Assembly: GCA_045658105.1 (NCBI GenBank)
Contig: JAZOUK010000005.1
Location: 90-64,089 of the forward strand
Length of the DNA stretch: 64,000 nucleotides
Source of the DNA: Acutalibacteraceae bacterium
Lineage (GTDB): Bacteria > Bacillota > Clostridia > Oscillospirales > Acutalibacteraceae
Direction of reading: 5' to 3'
The stretch's first letter is position 1, and the number at the start of each line of letters is the position of its first letter. Under the pieces are notes generated by a model. It saw nothing but the letters and a program-made list of their open reading frames with translations. It was not told where the DNA came from and did no database searches. Below are positions 17,101-27,015 of this stretch, in pieces. The position numbers were made by a program, and so were the translations under genes.

Positions 17101-20100
17101 CAACAATTCCCCTTGCGAACTCAACAAAATTATCACTGCGCTGATGTTTGATTTCCTCGCCAATATAATTCCTTGCGGCTTTTAACAACTCATCTGCATT
17201 ATTAAATGCATTAATTTTATCGGTATATTTCTGTTTTTCATTTGCTAAAAGGTATTGAGCATCTTTTGACCTTTGCCACTCTCTGGCAGTCCTACTGTTA
17301 ACACCGATTTTTTGTCCTGATACATTTACAAAATCATTAAATTTGTTTTTGATAATATTAGACAAGGTTGTAGCAATGTCTTTTGCGCTGTCGGTATCAG
17401 AAATTGTTTTGTTTTCCACTTGAACAAATTTATGTCCATCAGTGGATTTTTTTATACTATAACTAACCTCACCATCTGAATTGGAGTTTTCCTTAACATT
17501 CACAGCCTCGTTATAAACCTTAATAAACTCCTTTTCGATTCGATTGATTTCATAGTTTACCTTAGCGTTTTCGGAAAACTTAGATTTTAAATAGTCGATT
17601 ATATTCTTAATCACATCAAGAAACGACTTTTTATGCTTCGGTTCTAATGCGTTCATAAGCTCTGCGTTAATAGCGCGTTCACCACCAAATAAACGTCCGC
17701 CCACAAAATCCGCAAGTATTTCATCATAACACTTTGTTTCGTCAAAGCCCCTTACCTCGCTGTAGGTATCCATAATTTCGGCTTTAAACTCGTTTATAGA
17801 TGAATAACCCTTGCTGTGAAGCCATATAGAAAACGCTTTGCTGTTAAATGCCATATCCATAAAATCGGTATAAGCAGGTAAAGCTCTCTTTAAATAGTGC
17901 GTGATTTCGTGCTTGAAAATGAAGTATACAGGTCTCTTGGCGTAAAAATTAATATGAATGTTTCCGTCCTTGTCTATATAACCGTCAGGGATTTTTTTCT
18001 TGCCCTTAAACTTATCAAGCTCATAAAAATCCTCATATATTACCTTTCTTCCTAACTTCTCACCGATTTCCCGAATTTCCTCCTGCTGAGCCTTGTTTAA
18101 ATGCTTACCCTTTACAGTATCAATATCACCGAACGAGGCTATATCATCCACCCCACCCGAAGAATTTTGGAAATTATTTTCGGTGCTGTCGGGTATATTA
18201 TTATTGACACCGCTGCCATTCTGTGGTATAGTGGGGTTGAAAGATGTATCTGATGAGACATCGTTGGACTTGCGATTTTTCAAATCGTCTCCAACACCGT
18301 CCAAGGATACATCTTTTTTTATACCCCAATTATAAATTTGACTTTCTCCTTGTTTTGCAAGGTCTCTTACAGCAATTCTTACACCTACGGTTTCTTCGCC
18401 AATCTGTACGGGTGTATAAAAATAATTCCATCTGTATACATTAGGGTCGCCATCATAATCGGGAGTGGAATATAAATAACAGGAATTTTTAAATATTTCG
18501 TCAGTGGAATAAAGCATATTCGCTTTTTCTTGTGTTATTTTTTCCAAAACCTCATTTATTCCTGTATTATACAATGTCGCTTCTAAGACTTTTCCGTTAA
18601 CCTCAAACTCAAAACCTTGGTTTTTAAAGCCATTAAGAAATTGTCTAAGGTTATTTTTGAGCGTGTCCATTGCTTCTTTAAGTATTGGTGTACGTTCTTT
18701 CTTTTTCATTGAACGTAAATCAGGATATGATTCTCCAACCTTTTCCTGCGTTTCCTTAGAAACTTTAACAACATTCCCCTCTGCAACCATACGATTATGA
18801 GTTTCATTCATTATTGCTGTTTTAGTATCATTGTCAGAGTAATCAACGTTCCGCCATATTTCGCTATTACGATTTGCAAATTCCTCTAAAGTTATGCGCT
18901 CTTTATTAAGACTATTTTTATAATTACTGTAACCTACTGCCGAACCTAACGAACCAAAACCAAAACCCATAAGCGCGCCCGAAGCTCCCGCCTCTAATAT
19001 TTGCAGTCCTAATTTTTGGGCTGCTTTTTTCTTTGCGGTTTTTTCGTCAATTTTGGGGTCTTGCATATATTCCTCAACAAGCATAGCATACTGCGAAATA
19101 CCACCGTTTGTAGCATAGTCATACAAAACATTTGCGACCTCGGTGGCGGTTTCCTCGGAGGCATTTGTCAACATAGATTTGCCTAAGTTTTTGGCAAAAT
19201 CTTTAAGTCCTGTAACCGTTCCTTCCTGCATCGTCTTAAGCTGACCTATTGAAAACTTTTCGAAAAAGCCTTCAAAAGCACCTGCTGCTATACCACCCCA
19301 AAATGCTTGTTCGTTCGTACCGCCACGTTCCAGTATATCATTGGTACTATTTGCCGCTGCAGATAGACCCAAAGTAACCGCACCGACAGTCCCCGTAGGA
19401 GCAACAACAAGCGAATCCACACCCGACATAGTGGTATTATACACAAAGTCGAAAGCATCCCATTTGCCTATTTCCCAATCAACCTTTTCGGGCAATGCCC
19501 CTCTTAGAATTGATGTTGACATCGCTGCTTTATTGGTTTTTAGATTGCCTGTAATTGCATAATCAACGGAATTAAGAATATGTTCTCCCGAAGCAGCTAA
19601 ATTCGTCGCAACAGAAGCTGCGGCACTTAAATATGGATGCTCTTTCGCAAACTTAGAATTATCTTTTGCGATTTTCTTTGTTTCTCTTGCATCCAAATCT
19701 TCTTCAAGAAATTTCAAAAACTCTGTTGCTTCCTTTGCACCCTGTTCCGCATAAATATAGTTATAAATTCCTATTTCCCTATCAGTCATAAAACTGTATT
19801 TATGAAAAAGAGGGTATGCGTTACTGTTCTTACCTTTAGTTTCTATGTAAGTCTGAGCATCGTTAATATTATTTATATACTCATATGTCCAGTCAACCCC
19901 CAAGACAAACGAACCGTATTTAGCTTTCTTGGGATTTGTACTTACAACCTCACCGTCAGGAAAAGCACTATAATATCTCACCTTTTTGAAATCTTCATAT
20001 TCTTTTTTCTTGGCTTCATATTTCTCTTTATAAGGTTGTACTTTTTTATTGTTACTCCAACCAAGTTCAGCCAAATCCTTGGTAATCGGGTCAATATTAA

Positions 20101-20431
20101 ATCTTTCTTGTGCCGATTTATAAGCCTTTTCGGCCTCGTTCATTTCTTGCTTTAATTGTTTTTCGGCAACATACCCCTCATCATAAGTCTTTGACGGAAT
20201 AGTTGTCCTGAGCTCGTCCGCCTTAATAAGCTGTCGCATATTTGCAGCAGGATTTTTCAGGGCGGTATTCGCGATTGAGGTGACATTGTTTTTTAGTTGC
20301 TTTATTGCTTGCGATTGACTTCCTATATATTCGCCTGTGGTAATAGAAACACCGGATTGAGTATTAACCCTTGAATTTGATTGCTGCGCTTTAGGTGCGC
20401 TAATAGATGCGCCTTTTACAATTTCAACCAT
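14144..20431 (-). CDS. 2095-aa virion-associated multidomain (polyvalent-type / tape-measure-like) protein with zincin HExxH motif
   Basis: Uninterrupted 6.3-kb ORF at the end of the late operon. Gly/Ala-rich hydrophobic segments (GAVTLGLSAAANS..GGIAAGAFEGFFEKF..GASGALMGFGFGSLGSAVG). HEITH at 17897-17911 in FIFKHEITHYLKR. Confidence 0.75.
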   Translation of the reverse strand: MVEIVKGASISAPKAQQSNSRVNTQSGVSITTGEYIGSQSQAIKQLKNNVTSIANTALKNPAANMRQLIKADELRTTIPSKTYDEGYVAEKQLKQEMNEAEKAYKSAQERFNIDPITKDLAELGWSNNKKVQPYKEKYEAKKKEYEDFKKVRYYSAFPDGEVVSTNPKKAKYGSFVLGVDWTYEYINNINDAQTYIETKGKNSNAYPLFHKYSFMTDREIGIYNYIYAEQGAKEATEFLKFLEEDLDARETKKIAKDNSKFAKEHPYLSAAASVATNLAASGEHILNSVDYAITGNLKTNKAAMSTSILRGALPEKVDWEIGKWDAFDFVYNTTMSGVDSLVVAPTGTVGAVTLGLSAAANSTNDILERGGTNEQAFWGGIAAGAFEGFFEKFSIGQLKTMQEGTVTGLKDFAKNLGKSMLTNASEETATEVANVLYDYATNGGISQYAMLVEEYMQDPKIDEKTAKKKAAQKLGLQILEAGASGALMGFGFGSLGSAVGYSNYKNSLNKERITLEEFANRNSEIWRNVDYSDNDTKTAIMNETHNRMVAEGNVVKVSKETQEKVGESYPDLRSMKKKERTPILKEAMDTLKNNLRQFLNGFKNQGFEFEVNGKVLEATLYNTGINEVLEKITQEKANMLYSTDEIFKNSCYLYSTPDYDGDPNVYRWNYFYTPVQIGEETVGVRIAVRDLAKQGESQIYNWGIKKDVSLDGVGDDLKNRKSNDVSSDTSFNPTIPQNGSGVNNNIPDSTENNFQNSSGGVDDIASFGDIDTVKGKHLNKAQQEEIREIGEKLGRKVIYEDFYELDKFKGKKKIPDGYIDKDGNIHINFYAKRPVYFIFKHEITHYLKRALPAYTDFMDMAFNSKAFSIWLHSKGYSSINEFKAEIMDTYSEVRGFDETKCYDEILADFVGGRLFGGERAINAELMNALEPKHKKSFLDVIKNIIDYLKSKFSENAKVNYEINRIEKEFIKVYNEAVNVKENSNSDGEVSYSIKKSTDGHKFVQVENKTISDTDSAKDIATTLSNIIKNKFNDFVNVSGQKIGVNSRTAREWQRSKDAQYLLANEKQKYTDKINAFNNADELLKAARNYIGEEIKHQRSDNFVEFARGIVDFKVDDRGYSADIIVGTTKSGVALLYDIVGLQEIEIEDASHTAQDRRAETSSTDIIDDIEPTVKKNSMQETDDYSIPVDNSAESLLEQYENGEITRQEYLDMVKKQKPLNPAEIANLTEEDANTTPHHSRKKGESDGDKESKFYGSLLESDIFDERFKDEVRDDSFIQKYKSVTNKETLEKAAKELDEGGQSYVNQWWNKDPEHASLIDTAVGFILMDRYQRVGDYESAAAAAERVRAFGTAGGQQVQIFSILGRLEPNAMVLYAQKQLDKAFEELAEIKTQKWIDKNADKLKLTEDDIELIRRYTLQAALFDDNTRPKAIALGKICNIIQDKIPPEAGQSIRALQRSNMLLNLKTILRNINGNVGMTPLFIASDFFGTAIDKAVSKKTEYRSTGMYGHVFTKDGRERLKESTKSFGKGVYESWDDFKRGIRTKQEDLNRFELNASTGKNFNEHHNGKLGKQLDAIAKALNKMDNFTSFCLEVGDRPFFEMWMTNSLNNQLRLNNLEIPTPEMIEVAKQEALQRTWQDDNKLTRSASKIKSALNDMVHIPGTSYGLGDFVMKFIKTPSNIAKAIGSFSPVGFVSAGVNAKKLKNAIDKGKFNPQLQREFVRSMSNAITGTTVYALVAIGAALGVVKLSGDDDDDKDASNYEKYIMGIPPYSIEFFGVNVTYDWAQPFGSILAVVADFMESQEENPDGDVANAIVEAIKAGGKAFSQQSFLQSLYDLFSSEDIVEALTTAALAEPAAFVPQRWSQTASYFDEYRRTSYDNTNSFKSAINKVIAKIPGLRTTLPNQVNVLGEEVKNTQYLDEWEAFASPWNTYPKSSGEVVGEIYKLYKSTGENSVIPRTAPNYFTVKGNKMIFTPEEKADFQRNTGKYSAELLGQLFDSQEYTKLSDDEKVAAISKIYQFAYDKVKSERKYDYDTLSAMVGEKKNGDPILTKSVYSKMREQDLEELAQEYFLSKAEMRFLDDYDKLIQYYINQVKN

Positions 20432-20443
20432 TTCATATCCTCC

Positions 20444-21373
20444 TTATGCCCATACCCAGTCATTTTTGGCCTTGTTATATTCAACCTCTACATACTGATT
20501 GTTAGGTCCTACCCAAACATAATATTTGTTGTTTGCTTTCCAAATACTCTGCTCCACACCGTCAGTTCTCCAACTCGCATTAAATGTTGTTTTTGCAAAT
20601 CCGTCTTTCTCCTTTAATTTAGAAAGCACAGTTCCATTATAATTATTAGGCTGATAGCCGTTTGAGAAAACTTTAGATTTATCGTACTCTCCGTCATCAT
20701 TTAAAGCATCTTTATTTATTTTGCCTGTATACGGATTAGAACCTGCTCTCATAGTGGCAGTATTACCGTCAGCATCGGTATAAACCACATTATCGTTAGA
20801 ACCGTATATTGTAGATGCCAAAGAGCCGTAGTTTAATTTATATAATTCGTTTTTATTTTTTGTCGCCTTAATCCTCTCCTTTTCAACCTCTGCATCGGCA
20901 TTAACTTTTGCAGTATATAGGTTCTGTGCAATACTTTGGTTGTTGGCATCCCACTCATCGCGGATAGTTTGCTCAGAGCTAAGGCGCTGATTTTCAATAT
21001 CGGTGAGTGATGCCGTCAACTCCCTTGTGAGACTGTCAACCATACTCTGTCGCTGTCGGTCGATGTTTGCCTTGTTGTTGGCGTAGGAGAGCTGATTGGC
21101 CGTAATTTGTGTGCGGTTAAGTCCCGAATTGGTAAGCCCCATATTCGCCATTTCTTCGGCAATATAAAACTCATTCACCTTTTTCTGCACCGCATTCTCA
21201 CGGTATGCGTTCTCATAATCATCCTTGCTGTCCTCGATTTGCTGATTGTATGTATCGGTTACTGTCTTTTTGTGGTTATCATAAAGGGTCTGATTTGTAG
21301 CCAGCTTTTTATTAAGCTGAGCTACATTTTCAGAATCCTCCCGAACCTGTTTTAAATAAGTATTGTATGACAT
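20444..21373 (-). CDS. virion structural protein (coiled-coil N-terminus, beta-rich C-terminus)
   Basis: Position in the late operon. No specific family recognised. Confidence 0.55.
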   Translation of the reverse strand: MSYNTYLKQVREDSENVAQLNKKLATNQTLYDNHKKTVTDTYNQQIEDSKDDYENAYRENAVQKKVNEFYIAEEMANMGLTNSGLNRTQITANQLSYANNKANIDRQRQSMVDSLTRELTASLTDIENQRLSSEQTIRDEWDANNQSIAQNLYTAKVNADAEVEKERIKATKNKNELYKLNYGSLASTIYGSNDNVVYTDADGNTATMRAGSNPYTGKINKDALNDDGEYDKSKVFSNGYQPNNYNGTVLSKLKEKDGFAKTTFNASWRTDGVEQSIWKANNKYYVWVGPNNQYVEVEYNKAKNDWVWA

Positions 21374-21388
21374 TTGTTTTTTCTCCCT

Positions 21389-23611
21389 TCATCGTGCCCT
21401 GCCTGTTACCCTATAATCAAGCGCAAGCCCGTCAATTATCATATTGCCCTCACATTCAAGCCGTATTCCAAACTGAACCGCCGAGCATATAGCAGGATAA
21501 AGTATACGGCTTTGGGTAAATCCTGCCGACCGTTCCTCTGCCTCATCCTCTAAAACAAGCCCTGTTTGCTCTTCTCCGCTGTCTGTTATAAAGGTGACAG
21601 TTATCTCGTTTCCACCATTAAAGCCCAAGGAAAGCCCCACAGAGCTAATATTTTTATAGGAATTAGGCTCACCGAAATTAAATAACTTTGTTTGTGCTAT
21701 TGAATTAATGAGGCTATCGTCCTGCACGTCAAAGTTCTGACCGTCCTTAAATGCCAACAAAGAACAACTGCGATTCCGTGTATCGGCTTCAAAAATAAAC
21801 ATATCATTATTGCATACAAGCAATGTGTTTGAACCTACTAAATCTGTATTACGCGGCAGTCTCCAGTAATACCACGGTATACGAAGATTCGCATCCTCGG
21901 TTTTTGAGTGACCTGCAGCATAAATATAACCGTAGCTGTTGTAATCCATAAGATACATATGTTCACCTATTTTTAGACAGTAATAACCATCCCAATCACA
22001 GGCAGTCGCATTTAGCGACATCTCATTTCTCAGCTTACGTTGTACCATTTCGGATAAAACAAATATGCTCCGCTCACTGTATTGGTTGCCTGAAACAAGG
22101 CTGTATACCCTGTCACCGCTTCCAAGCCATACAAGACGGTTTCTGCAAAGCTGTACTGTATCAGGATAAGGACAGCCAATACTCGGATTAATTTGCACAA
22201 GCGGAAAATATACTGCGCTCGATTGAATATCAATCACCCTTGGGTCGATAAGGTCGTCTGCGGTGATGCTGGTGTTCTGATGATACTGTGTATACCAAGT
22301 CTCAGTTTCCTTGAATATAACAAGCATATCCGACTGCTTACCGAAGCCTGTCACCGCCTCAGAGGTGTCACCCACATAAAAATATGAGTTCTCGGGGAAG
22401 TATAACGGCTTATTAAGCCCCGACCAGCAGACAAGCGATTTTTCGTTTTCGTCAGAATTTCCGCACAAAAACAGCCTTGTGCCGCCGGCAAGTCCCGCCG
22501 ATGCGCCGCCGAACCATTCACATCGGGTCATGTTGAAGATTTTATTTTTTTCCTCCAAAGTTGGTATAAATGGCATTATTATTTCAAGGTTGTCTTCTAC
22601 ATAAATAGCATCTTCATATATTTTTGCCGGGTCCTTAACTGTTCCATCACCGCTTTGGTCTATCCAAAAAGTTATATTTTGTGTGGATATTTCCATTATT
22701 AATCCGTCTTTTTGGTTGAGGTTCTTTTCCCAACCCGTTGCATTTAAGCCATCATCACTTATAGCATCGAAGATTGCGGTATGTGTTGTCTTTAATCCGT
22801 TTTCATCAGTAATTATTGCTTTAACTTCTTTTCCGACATACTCTTCAGGATTATTAATCATTCCTTCAGGAAAAGGATAATACATTTCGTGTAGATGTGT
22901 TCCGCTTTCACCACTCACTGGTGAAATATTTTTATTGACCGTAGAATAGATTATTTTAAATTTATTCCCAATCAGATTAAAGCTTTCAAACATAGTTCCT
23001 GAAAACTCTGCGCCACGTGTAACCTTGCAATGATGATAAACCGTCGGCACATAATAATCTTTTTCTTCTACCGGCTCCCAGCTCTCCTGTTCGGGTTTTA
23101 AAACATAAACAGAATATTCCGTGCTTGTCTTTATAAAGCAATAAAAGACACCCTGACTCTGTATTGCAAAATAGTTTTTTAATTCAACGTTAGCTTTTGA
23201 TATGCTCGGTAGCTGTGTAATACCGTCGGTACCCGCCCAAAAGAAATGCAGAGAAAAAAGTGTTGTCTGCCAAGGTGTCGATTCATCCGCTCGCGATAGA
23301 AAGGTCTCCTTGCAGGAAACCAACTGTTCCGCATTACCGTTAGCGTTAACACGGTTTATGTCGCTGTGTGTTTTACATTCTATAAAATGCTGACCGCCTA
23401 AAATCGGTTCGGGTTCATTTATAACAGTAGAAACGATGAGCTTCTCTCCCGGTCTTGTTCTGAGCATGCCGTCCTTATACCACATATTCACAAGCTCGGT
23501 AAGCTGATTATCATTGCATTGCGTAGGGTTATCGCGCAAATTTATACCGCCCGAAAGCTCAGGTATTCCTATTCTTCTTTTGCTCTGTTTATTCATTGCA
23601 GGGAATCTCAT
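21389..23611 (-). CDS. large virion structural protein (putative tail/adaptor component)
   Basis: 740 aa, ATGA-coupled to the upstream gene. N-terminal IPELSGGINLRDNPTQCNDNQLTELVNMWYKDGMLRTRPG is reminiscent of phage tail/connector-associated proteins. The assignment is tentative. Confidence 0.5.
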   Translation of the reverse strand: MRFPAMNKQSKRRIGIPELSGGINLRDNPTQCNDNQLTELVNMWYKDGMLRTRPGEKLIVSTVINEPEPILGGQHFIECKTHSDINRVNANGNAEQLVSCKETFLSRADESTPWQTTLFSLHFFWAGTDGITQLPSISKANVELKNYFAIQSQGVFYCFIKTSTEYSVYVLKPEQESWEPVEEKDYYVPTVYHHCKVTRGAEFSGTMFESFNLIGNKFKIIYSTVNKNISPVSGESGTHLHEMYYPFPEGMINNPEEYVGKEVKAIITDENGLKTTHTAIFDAISDDGLNATGWEKNLNQKDGLIMEISTQNITFWIDQSGDGTVKDPAKIYEDAIYVEDNLEIIMPFIPTLEEKNKIFNMTRCEWFGGASAGLAGGTRLFLCGNSDENEKSLVCWSGLNKPLYFPENSYFYVGDTSEAVTGFGKQSDMLVIFKETETWYTQYHQNTSITADDLIDPRVIDIQSSAVYFPLVQINPSIGCPYPDTVQLCRNRLVWLGSGDRVYSLVSGNQYSERSIFVLSEMVQRKLRNEMSLNATACDWDGYYCLKIGEHMYLMDYNSYGYIYAAGHSKTEDANLRIPWYYWRLPRNTDLVGSNTLLVCNNDMFIFEADTRNRSCSLLAFKDGQNFDVQDDSLINSIAQTKLFNFGEPNSYKNISSVGLSLGFNGGNEITVTFITDSGEEQTGLVLEDEAEERSAGFTQSRILYPAICSAVQFGIRLECEGNMIIDGLALDYRVTGRAR

Positions 23612-23976
23612 AAATCATAACACCTCGGCAATACATCCTGAATTGTTTCCTTTTTGGAAAGACTTGCCCGTTTTTGGTTATAAAGTGACGAATATAATTG
23701 CTGCTGGTCGCCGTCACTCTCAGATTGAGCAATCATCATAGCCATACCGTAGGGCATAACATCGTTTATAGCTATCTCAGGCAGCGTTATTTCTGTCTGA
23801 AGTCTATTAAGCGGCTGGAATTCACCCCTGTTACAAATGCGCCACAAATCGGAATAAACGAGGTTTAAGAGAGTAAGTCCCTTACTTGTTATTCTTGCGC
23901 TCAGCTGTAAATTGCCGTTTGCATTGGTATAACCTAACATTTCAGCTGCCTTTTTAAGCATTTCCTGTCCTGTCAT
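23608..23976 (-). CDS. small virion protein (possible head-tail adaptor)
   Basis: Lies immediately downstream of the portal candidate, 122 aa. Confidence 0.45.
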   Translation of the reverse strand: MTGQEMLKKAAEMLGYTNANGNLQLSARITSKGLTLLNLVYSDLWRICNRGEFQPLNRLQTEITLPEIAINDVMPYGMAMMIAQSESDGDQQQLYSSLYNQKRASLSKKETIQDVLPRCYDL

Positions 23977-23978
23977 AA

Positions 23979-25811
23979 TTACATACCTCCCTCGCCGTTT
24001 CCGTTGTAAGCGCCCTTTATCTTTGCCATCAATGCCATTTGTTCAGAAGCCGGCATACGCTGATACTTTTTAAATAACTCCGGCTGTTGCTGTGCGAAAT
24101 CCTGAAGAACCGCCTCATCCGAAAGCGCATCCTGTACCTGAGCCTGCTCGCTTTGCACCTGCAAGTCCTCCTTAAGACCTGTTACATCAGGAATAATTCC
24201 TGCGGGGAGTCTGTCAAGATACTGCGAGAAGCTTATCATCTGTCTTTCTAAGAGGTTATCAAGGGTAGAAATAACCACAGCCTCACTCCACAATGTAGCC
24301 GCTCCTACATCAATTCTCGCTGTTATAACGAGGTTTTTATATCGCTTACCGTCAAATGGAATGTAATTAACGCCGTCCTTTGTAACTGTACGGAGCATAC
24401 GCTCGCCGTAAAGATTAATCCAAAAGTCCGCCCATATACGGGCTAACTGCTCAATAAAATCGTAAAAGCGGTTCATATACATCTGCATAGGCTGTAAAGC
24501 CGCCTCGCGCATTTGAATTATTGCAGATGCATTGTCAGGTCTAAGATTTCCAAGCGCTGCATCGTTAGCTCCCGAATCGTTAAGACTTCCTGTCACCATA
24601 TTCTCAACGCTTGTGAAATACTGCGGATTCACGGTTGGCGGCTGAATGTGCCGTATTGCCGCATCAACTGCATTTGCATCACCTACAACACGTATCATTT
24701 GTCCGGGCTCGTTTGTAATGTGTCCAAGCACAATATCGCCGTTTACAACCGTTATCGGCATACCTGTGGAGATAACTCCCCAAACTGCCGCGGTAAGACA
24801 ACGGTTTATAGCAATTTGATTGGGGATTAAATGAGTAACTTCGCTCTCGCCGTATATGCAAGAACGTCTGCGTTCCCAAGGCATAAGCGCAATCGGATAA
24901 TGCTGTATGCCAATATTAAAAGGCTTTCTTATAACAACCTTTTCTGTCACCTCGGTGCACATAACTTCGTATGTACCGTCATCATTCCATTTTTTATAGA
25001 ACTTAGTCATAGTGGTAACGCGCTTGCTGTCCGTTGGCTCCTGCTCACCCCGTTCCCCTGAATTATACAAATAATCTGTATTATCAGGCTTAATGTCCTC
25101 AATTTTCTCTGCAGGAACGCGATTTTGCTTTGCTTCCCTTACAACCTCGGCGTAATTTCGTCTGCGCGCAATGATTATGTATGGCTGAGCCTGTATATTT
25201 TCATTATTAGGCTCTCCAAAAACAACGTTTTCGATTTCCAATACTTCACAGGCAATATCACCGGTGATTGGTTCCTGCTTTGCAGTATCAGCATAAAGAC
25301 CTGTTTTAATTCCGCTATCCCAATAGGTATATAAAAGACCCGTTCCGCTTATATAACAGTTTCTTAACGCCTGCTCCTTAAGAGTATCAAGCTTCACCCG
25401 CTCGCCTGTTATCTTAAAATACTCAGAAAGACACTGCATAACAGTGGCAATTTCCGCATTGCTCACCTCACCCTGTGGCGCAATACCTTTGTTAAGTCCG
25501 TCAGTTATAGCCTGCTTTTCCTGTTCAAGACCAATATCCGGAATACCGTCAGCAGTATAGTTTACTGCCAGCGGCGCCGCCGTTATAGAGGACATCTTAA
25601 ATTCGCCTATACGCTTAATTATGTTACGGCGCACAAGCGGTCGGTTATTGCCGCATTTAGCGCCGTGCCATTGGTCGCCAATAAAAAAGCGTTCATTTAC
25701 CTTGCCCTGTTCCGTAATACCTCTTTTTCCCAAACCGTTTTTAAAGCTGTTACCGGATTTATATTCATCAAATATTCTTTCAGGTTCTGTTCTTATTTTT
25801 AAAACACTCAT
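23979..25811 (-). CDS. putative portal protein
   Basis: 610 aa. The N-terminal NERFFIGDQWHG...RPLVRRNIIKRI motif is typical of portal N-termini as I remember them. AAGGAG RBS. Confidence 0.55.
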   Translation of the reverse strand: MSVLKIRTEPERIFDEYKSGNSFKNGLGKRGITEQGKVNERFFIGDQWHGAKCGNNRPLVRRNIIKRIGEFKMSSITAAPLAVNYTADGIPDIGLEQEKQAITDGLNKGIAPQGEVSNAEIATVMQCLSEYFKITGERVKLDTLKEQALRNCYISGTGLLYTYWDSGIKTGLYADTAKQEPITGDIACEVLEIENVVFGEPNNENIQAQPYIIIARRRNYAEVVREAKQNRVPAEKIEDIKPDNTDYLYNSGERGEQEPTDSKRVTTMTKFYKKWNDDGTYEVMCTEVTEKVVIRKPFNIGIQHYPIALMPWERRRSCIYGESEVTHLIPNQIAINRCLTAAVWGVISTGMPITVVNGDIVLGHITNEPGQMIRVVGDANAVDAAIRHIQPPTVNPQYFTSVENMVTGSLNDSGANDAALGNLRPDNASAIIQMREAALQPMQMYMNRFYDFIEQLARIWADFWINLYGERMLRTVTKDGVNYIPFDGKRYKNLVITARIDVGAATLWSEAVVISTLDNLLERQMISFSQYLDRLPAGIIPDVTGLKEDLQVQSEQAQVQDALSDEAVLQDFAQQQPELFKKYQRMPASEQMALMAKIKGAYNGNGEGGM

Positions 25812-25891
25812 TAATTCAAGCTCCTTGTTCTAATAGTTATATGGCGCCTATCTTTTTGATAAGCGCCGTTTCCCGTATGCTCAGGACCTTT

Positions 25892-26167
25892 TCAGGACCC
25901 GATAATTACCGCAATCAATGTAAACACCAAAGTTATTATTCCGCATAAAATAGCCACCGTCAGCTTATTGTTAAGCGCTATTTTTTTATCATATCCCATT
26001 TGGTTCTGAAGGATTAAATCAATTCGCTTATCGTCATTAGCAAATTTACTGTTATTTTGCAGTTGCTTTTCAATGCAGTCGTCTGCGGAAACGAACTTTT
26101 TATTGTATCTGTCGTCAAAATGCTTATCGAGATAATCCATTTGCTCCATAGAAAACAAATCCGCCAT
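25892..26167 (-). CDS. XhlA-like lysis-associated membrane protein
   Basis: Coiled-coil N-terminus and a C-terminal TM (LTVAILCGIITLVFTLIAVIIGS). Adjacent to the holin. Confidence 0.45.
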   Translation of the reverse strand: MADLFSMEQMDYLDKHFDDRYNKKFVSADDCIEKQLQNNSKFANDDKRIDLILQNQMGYDKKIALNNKLTVAILCGIITLVFTLIAVIIGS

Positions 26168-26376
26168 TACACATCCTCACTGTCTGGTATACCCTTGATG
26201 TTGAATAAAACCGTTACCACGCCCGATAACGCGCAGGCGCTTAAAACACCTAACCAATCAACCTCGGTAATCCCCATTGTGTTTGTGCCGATTACTGCAA
26301 GCGCAGTCTCGGCCATTGTTTTTGCAACCCTTATTCCAAGTGATTTGAGCCATTTTGTAAGCTTTCCCTTTCTCAT
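26167..26376 (-). CDS. holin
   Basis: 69 aa with two hydrophobic segments and a charged C-terminus (GIPDSEDV). It lies directly downstream of the endolysin. Confidence 0.6.
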   Translation of the reverse strand: MRKGKLTKWLKSLGIRVAKTMAETALAVIGTNTMGITEVDWLGVLSACALSGVVTVLFNIKGIPDSEDV

Positions 26377-26387
26377 TTTTTGTTACC

Positions 26388-26975
26388 TCACTTTAATAAA
26401 TTATTTACAAGTGCCTGAATAACTGAATAGTTATAACCCGCGTCGGTTAGCTTTTTCTTTCGTGTTGCACCGTTACCCCACTTACCGGCAATTACTTCCT
26501 TAGCTATCTGCTCGTTGCTTTTCTTTTGGTTCTGCTGTGCCTGAAGCTTGGCAAGGTAGCCGTCGTCATATGTACCGAGCTTGTTGGGAATTCCGCTTAT
26601 GGCGCAAATATCCTTTATCTGTGACTTTGAACCGTTCCCCCTCGCACAGTAATGACAGTGTGAGCCGGTGCTTTTGCCGGTGCTGCCCTCAATTCCGATA
26701 AGATCACCTATCTTTACAGCCTGTCCCTTTTTAACAAGCACCTTTGACATATGCCCGAAGTAATAGCGGTCTATGCTATTGTTTTTCTTAATGCGTACAT
26801 AAAGTCCAAAGCCCTGCTTGTGGTTGAGAGCATTTTCCCAGCCAGCCTTTTCCACAACACCATTTACAGTGCTGTGAATTTCCTTGCTGTCAACGCCCAC
26901 AAGGTCAAGACCATCGTGGGTTGCTCCCTTGTACTGCTGTGATACTCTGAATTTTCCGTTATATGGACTGTTCAT
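26388..26975 (-). CDS. endolysin: M23 peptidase domain + CW_7-like cell-wall-binding repeat
   Basis: GATHDGLDLVG...GDLIGIEGSTGKSTGSHCHY (LytM/M23 motifs). C-terminal GKWGNGATRKKKLTDAGYNYSVIQALVNNLL (Cpl-7-type repeat). Confidence 0.85.
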   Translation of the reverse strand: MNSPYNGKFRVSQQYKGATHDGLDLVGVDSKEIHSTVNGVVEKAGWENALNHKQGFGLYVRIKKNNSIDRYYFGHMSKVLVKKGQAVKIGDLIGIEGSTGKSTGSHCHYCARGNGSKSQIKDICAISGIPNKLGTYDDGYLAKLQAQQNQKKSNEQIAKEVIAGKWGNGATRKKKLTDAGYNYSVIQALVNNLLK

Positions 26976-27015
26976 ATCTTTTTCTCCTTTTATGTTATTT
27001 TTTCTGTATTAGCAT

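Noticed and set aside
14320-20155. Many 60-170-aa plus-strand ORFs inside the 2095-aa gene (e.g. 15456-15740, 16256-16660, 19637-20155). Similar antisense ORFs lie inside other long genes (10524-11003, 44601-45113, 56063-56593, 56753-57283).
   Set aside because: They lie fully inside long, motif-bearing ORFs on the opposite strand. They have low-complexity or odd composition and lack RBSs, so I treated them as shadow ORFs.
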